NCBI GenBank assembly: GCA_964194565.1
Contig: CAXMMZ010000155.1
Coordinates: 1 to 62,721, forward strand
Length of the DNA: 62,721 bases
Source: Arenicellales bacterium
Lineage (GTDB): Bacteria > Pseudomonadota > Gammaproteobacteria > Arenicellales > JAOTWM01
Reading direction: 5' to 3'
Shown here: positions 61,896 through 62,721 of the stretch, piece by piece
Layout of the letters: each line of letters opens with the position of its first letter
Numbering within the stretch: the first letter of the stretch is position 1
Program-made: the position numbers and the translations under genes
Notes under the pieces: model-generated
What the model was told of the DNA's origin: nothing
What the model saw: the letters and a program-made list of their open reading frames with translations, nothing else
The model's database searches: none

Positions 61896-62721
61896 TTAAG
61901 CATCGCTGGTAGCCATCATTCGCTGTACATAGCGGCCGACACCCGCATTGACGTCCAAGAAAGGTGCGATGTATCCCGAATCCCGCAAATGTGCGATATC
62001 TGCCTCAGTAAAACTTTGATATTTCCCGCGAAGCAGTTCGGGAAATTCGATATAGCGGATCAATCCCGACTCCACAAGCTCTGCTAATGTTAATTCCGGT
62101 TCGGACCGCGACCGTCGAATGCTATTAATAACCGCCGCACCAACGTCGTTGAAGGTTTGACTACGGCCGGTGCCAACATTAAAGATTCCGCTCTTGTCGG
62201 GACACTCGTGGAAACGCAGATTTACTGCCACAACATCATCCACTGAGACAAAGTCGCGACGTTGTTCGCCGTTGCCGTATCCCGCCGTTCCCTCAAACAA
62301 TCGCACCTCCCCATGCTGGAAATACTGCTTCGAAAATTGATACGCCACTGACGCCATTCGATTTTTATGGTGTTCATTCGGGCCGTATACATTGAAGTAG
62401 CGTAATCCCACGACCTGCGACTCTAGCCGTTCAAGCCGTTGCCGCACGAAATTGTCAAATAGCAATTTTGAATATGCGTAGATATTTAATGGGTGCCCGT
62501 GCGCCGATGATTCGACGAATGTGGCACCAGCTCCATAAACCGAAGCCGACGATGCATATATGAATGGGATGTTGCGGCTAACACAGTATCCGAATAGAAT
62601 TTTCGAATAAGTAAAGTTGTTGTCCATAATATAATCGCCATCGGCCTCCATCGTATCTGAACACGCGCCTTGGTGAAACACGACATCGATATTGCCAAAG
62701 TCCTGCGCGCGTTCAATCCGT
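61896..62721 (-). CDS. hldD: ADP-L-glycero-D-manno-heptose 6-epimerase (5' end beyond the window)
   Basis: ...FHQGACSDTMEADGDYIMDNNFTYSK...ASSASVYG...YAYSKLLFD...RYFNVYGPNE aligns with E. coli HldD/RfaD. The frame is open to the window edge (RIERAQDFGNIDVV...), so the gene is partial. Confidence 0.9.
   Translation of the reverse strand, partial: RIERAQDFGNIDVVFHQGACSDTMEADGDYIMDNNFTYSKILFGYCVSRNIPFIYASSASVYGAGATFVESSAHGHPLNIYAYSKLLFDNFVRQRLERLESQVVGLRYFNVYGPNEHHKNRMASVAYQFSKQYFQHGEVRLFEGTAGYGNGEQRRDFVSVDDVVAVNLRFHECPDKSGIFNVGTGRSQTFNDVGAAVINSIRRSRSEPELTLAELVESGLIRYIEFPELLRGKYQSFTEADIAHLRDSGYIAPFLDVNAGVGRYVQRMMATSDA

Overview
This is a chromosomal segment with Gammaproteobacteria-type synteny: uvrC-pgsA-tRNA-Gly, comEC/exbB-exbD-msbA-lpxK-kdsB-ptp, lolCD, prfB-lysS, pntAB, sucCD, and ftsK-lolA...serS. 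Positions ~0.6-41 kb are densely packed housekeeping genes, mostly on the minus strand, and many pairs are translationally coupled by ATGA/GTGA/TGATG overlaps. Positions 41.1-62.7 kb form one co-directional (minus-strand) glycan (O-antigen/EPS-type) locus. It holds manC, WbpM/WbpL-like genes, five glycosyltransferases, wzm-wzt, rmlA-rmlB, cysC, a WbaP-like initiator, gmd, a UDP-GlcA-epimerase-like gene and a wHTH regulator, and it ends at hldD, which is cut by the window edge. There are two tRNAs (Gly-GCC, Ser-UGA). I found no rRNA, no CRISPR array and no intact mobile element; the only trace is a decayed integrase next to tRNA-Gly at the left edge. I did not find a defence-island-like or otherwise clear-cut novel multi-gene system. 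The best unexplained biology is inside the glycan locus: a GT2-TM-atypical-SDR fusion, an APS kinase translationally coupled to rmlBA with no visible sulfotransferase, three 4,6-dehydratases without finishing enzymes, and a Wzt with a binding-domain-like tail but no terminator. Smaller oddities are an orphan PntB dIII fragment, an ExbBD stator pair coupled to msbA without a TonB/TolA-like partner, and a comEC N-terminus with no canonical start codon. All functional calls rest on motif and synteny recognition by eye; no database search was run.
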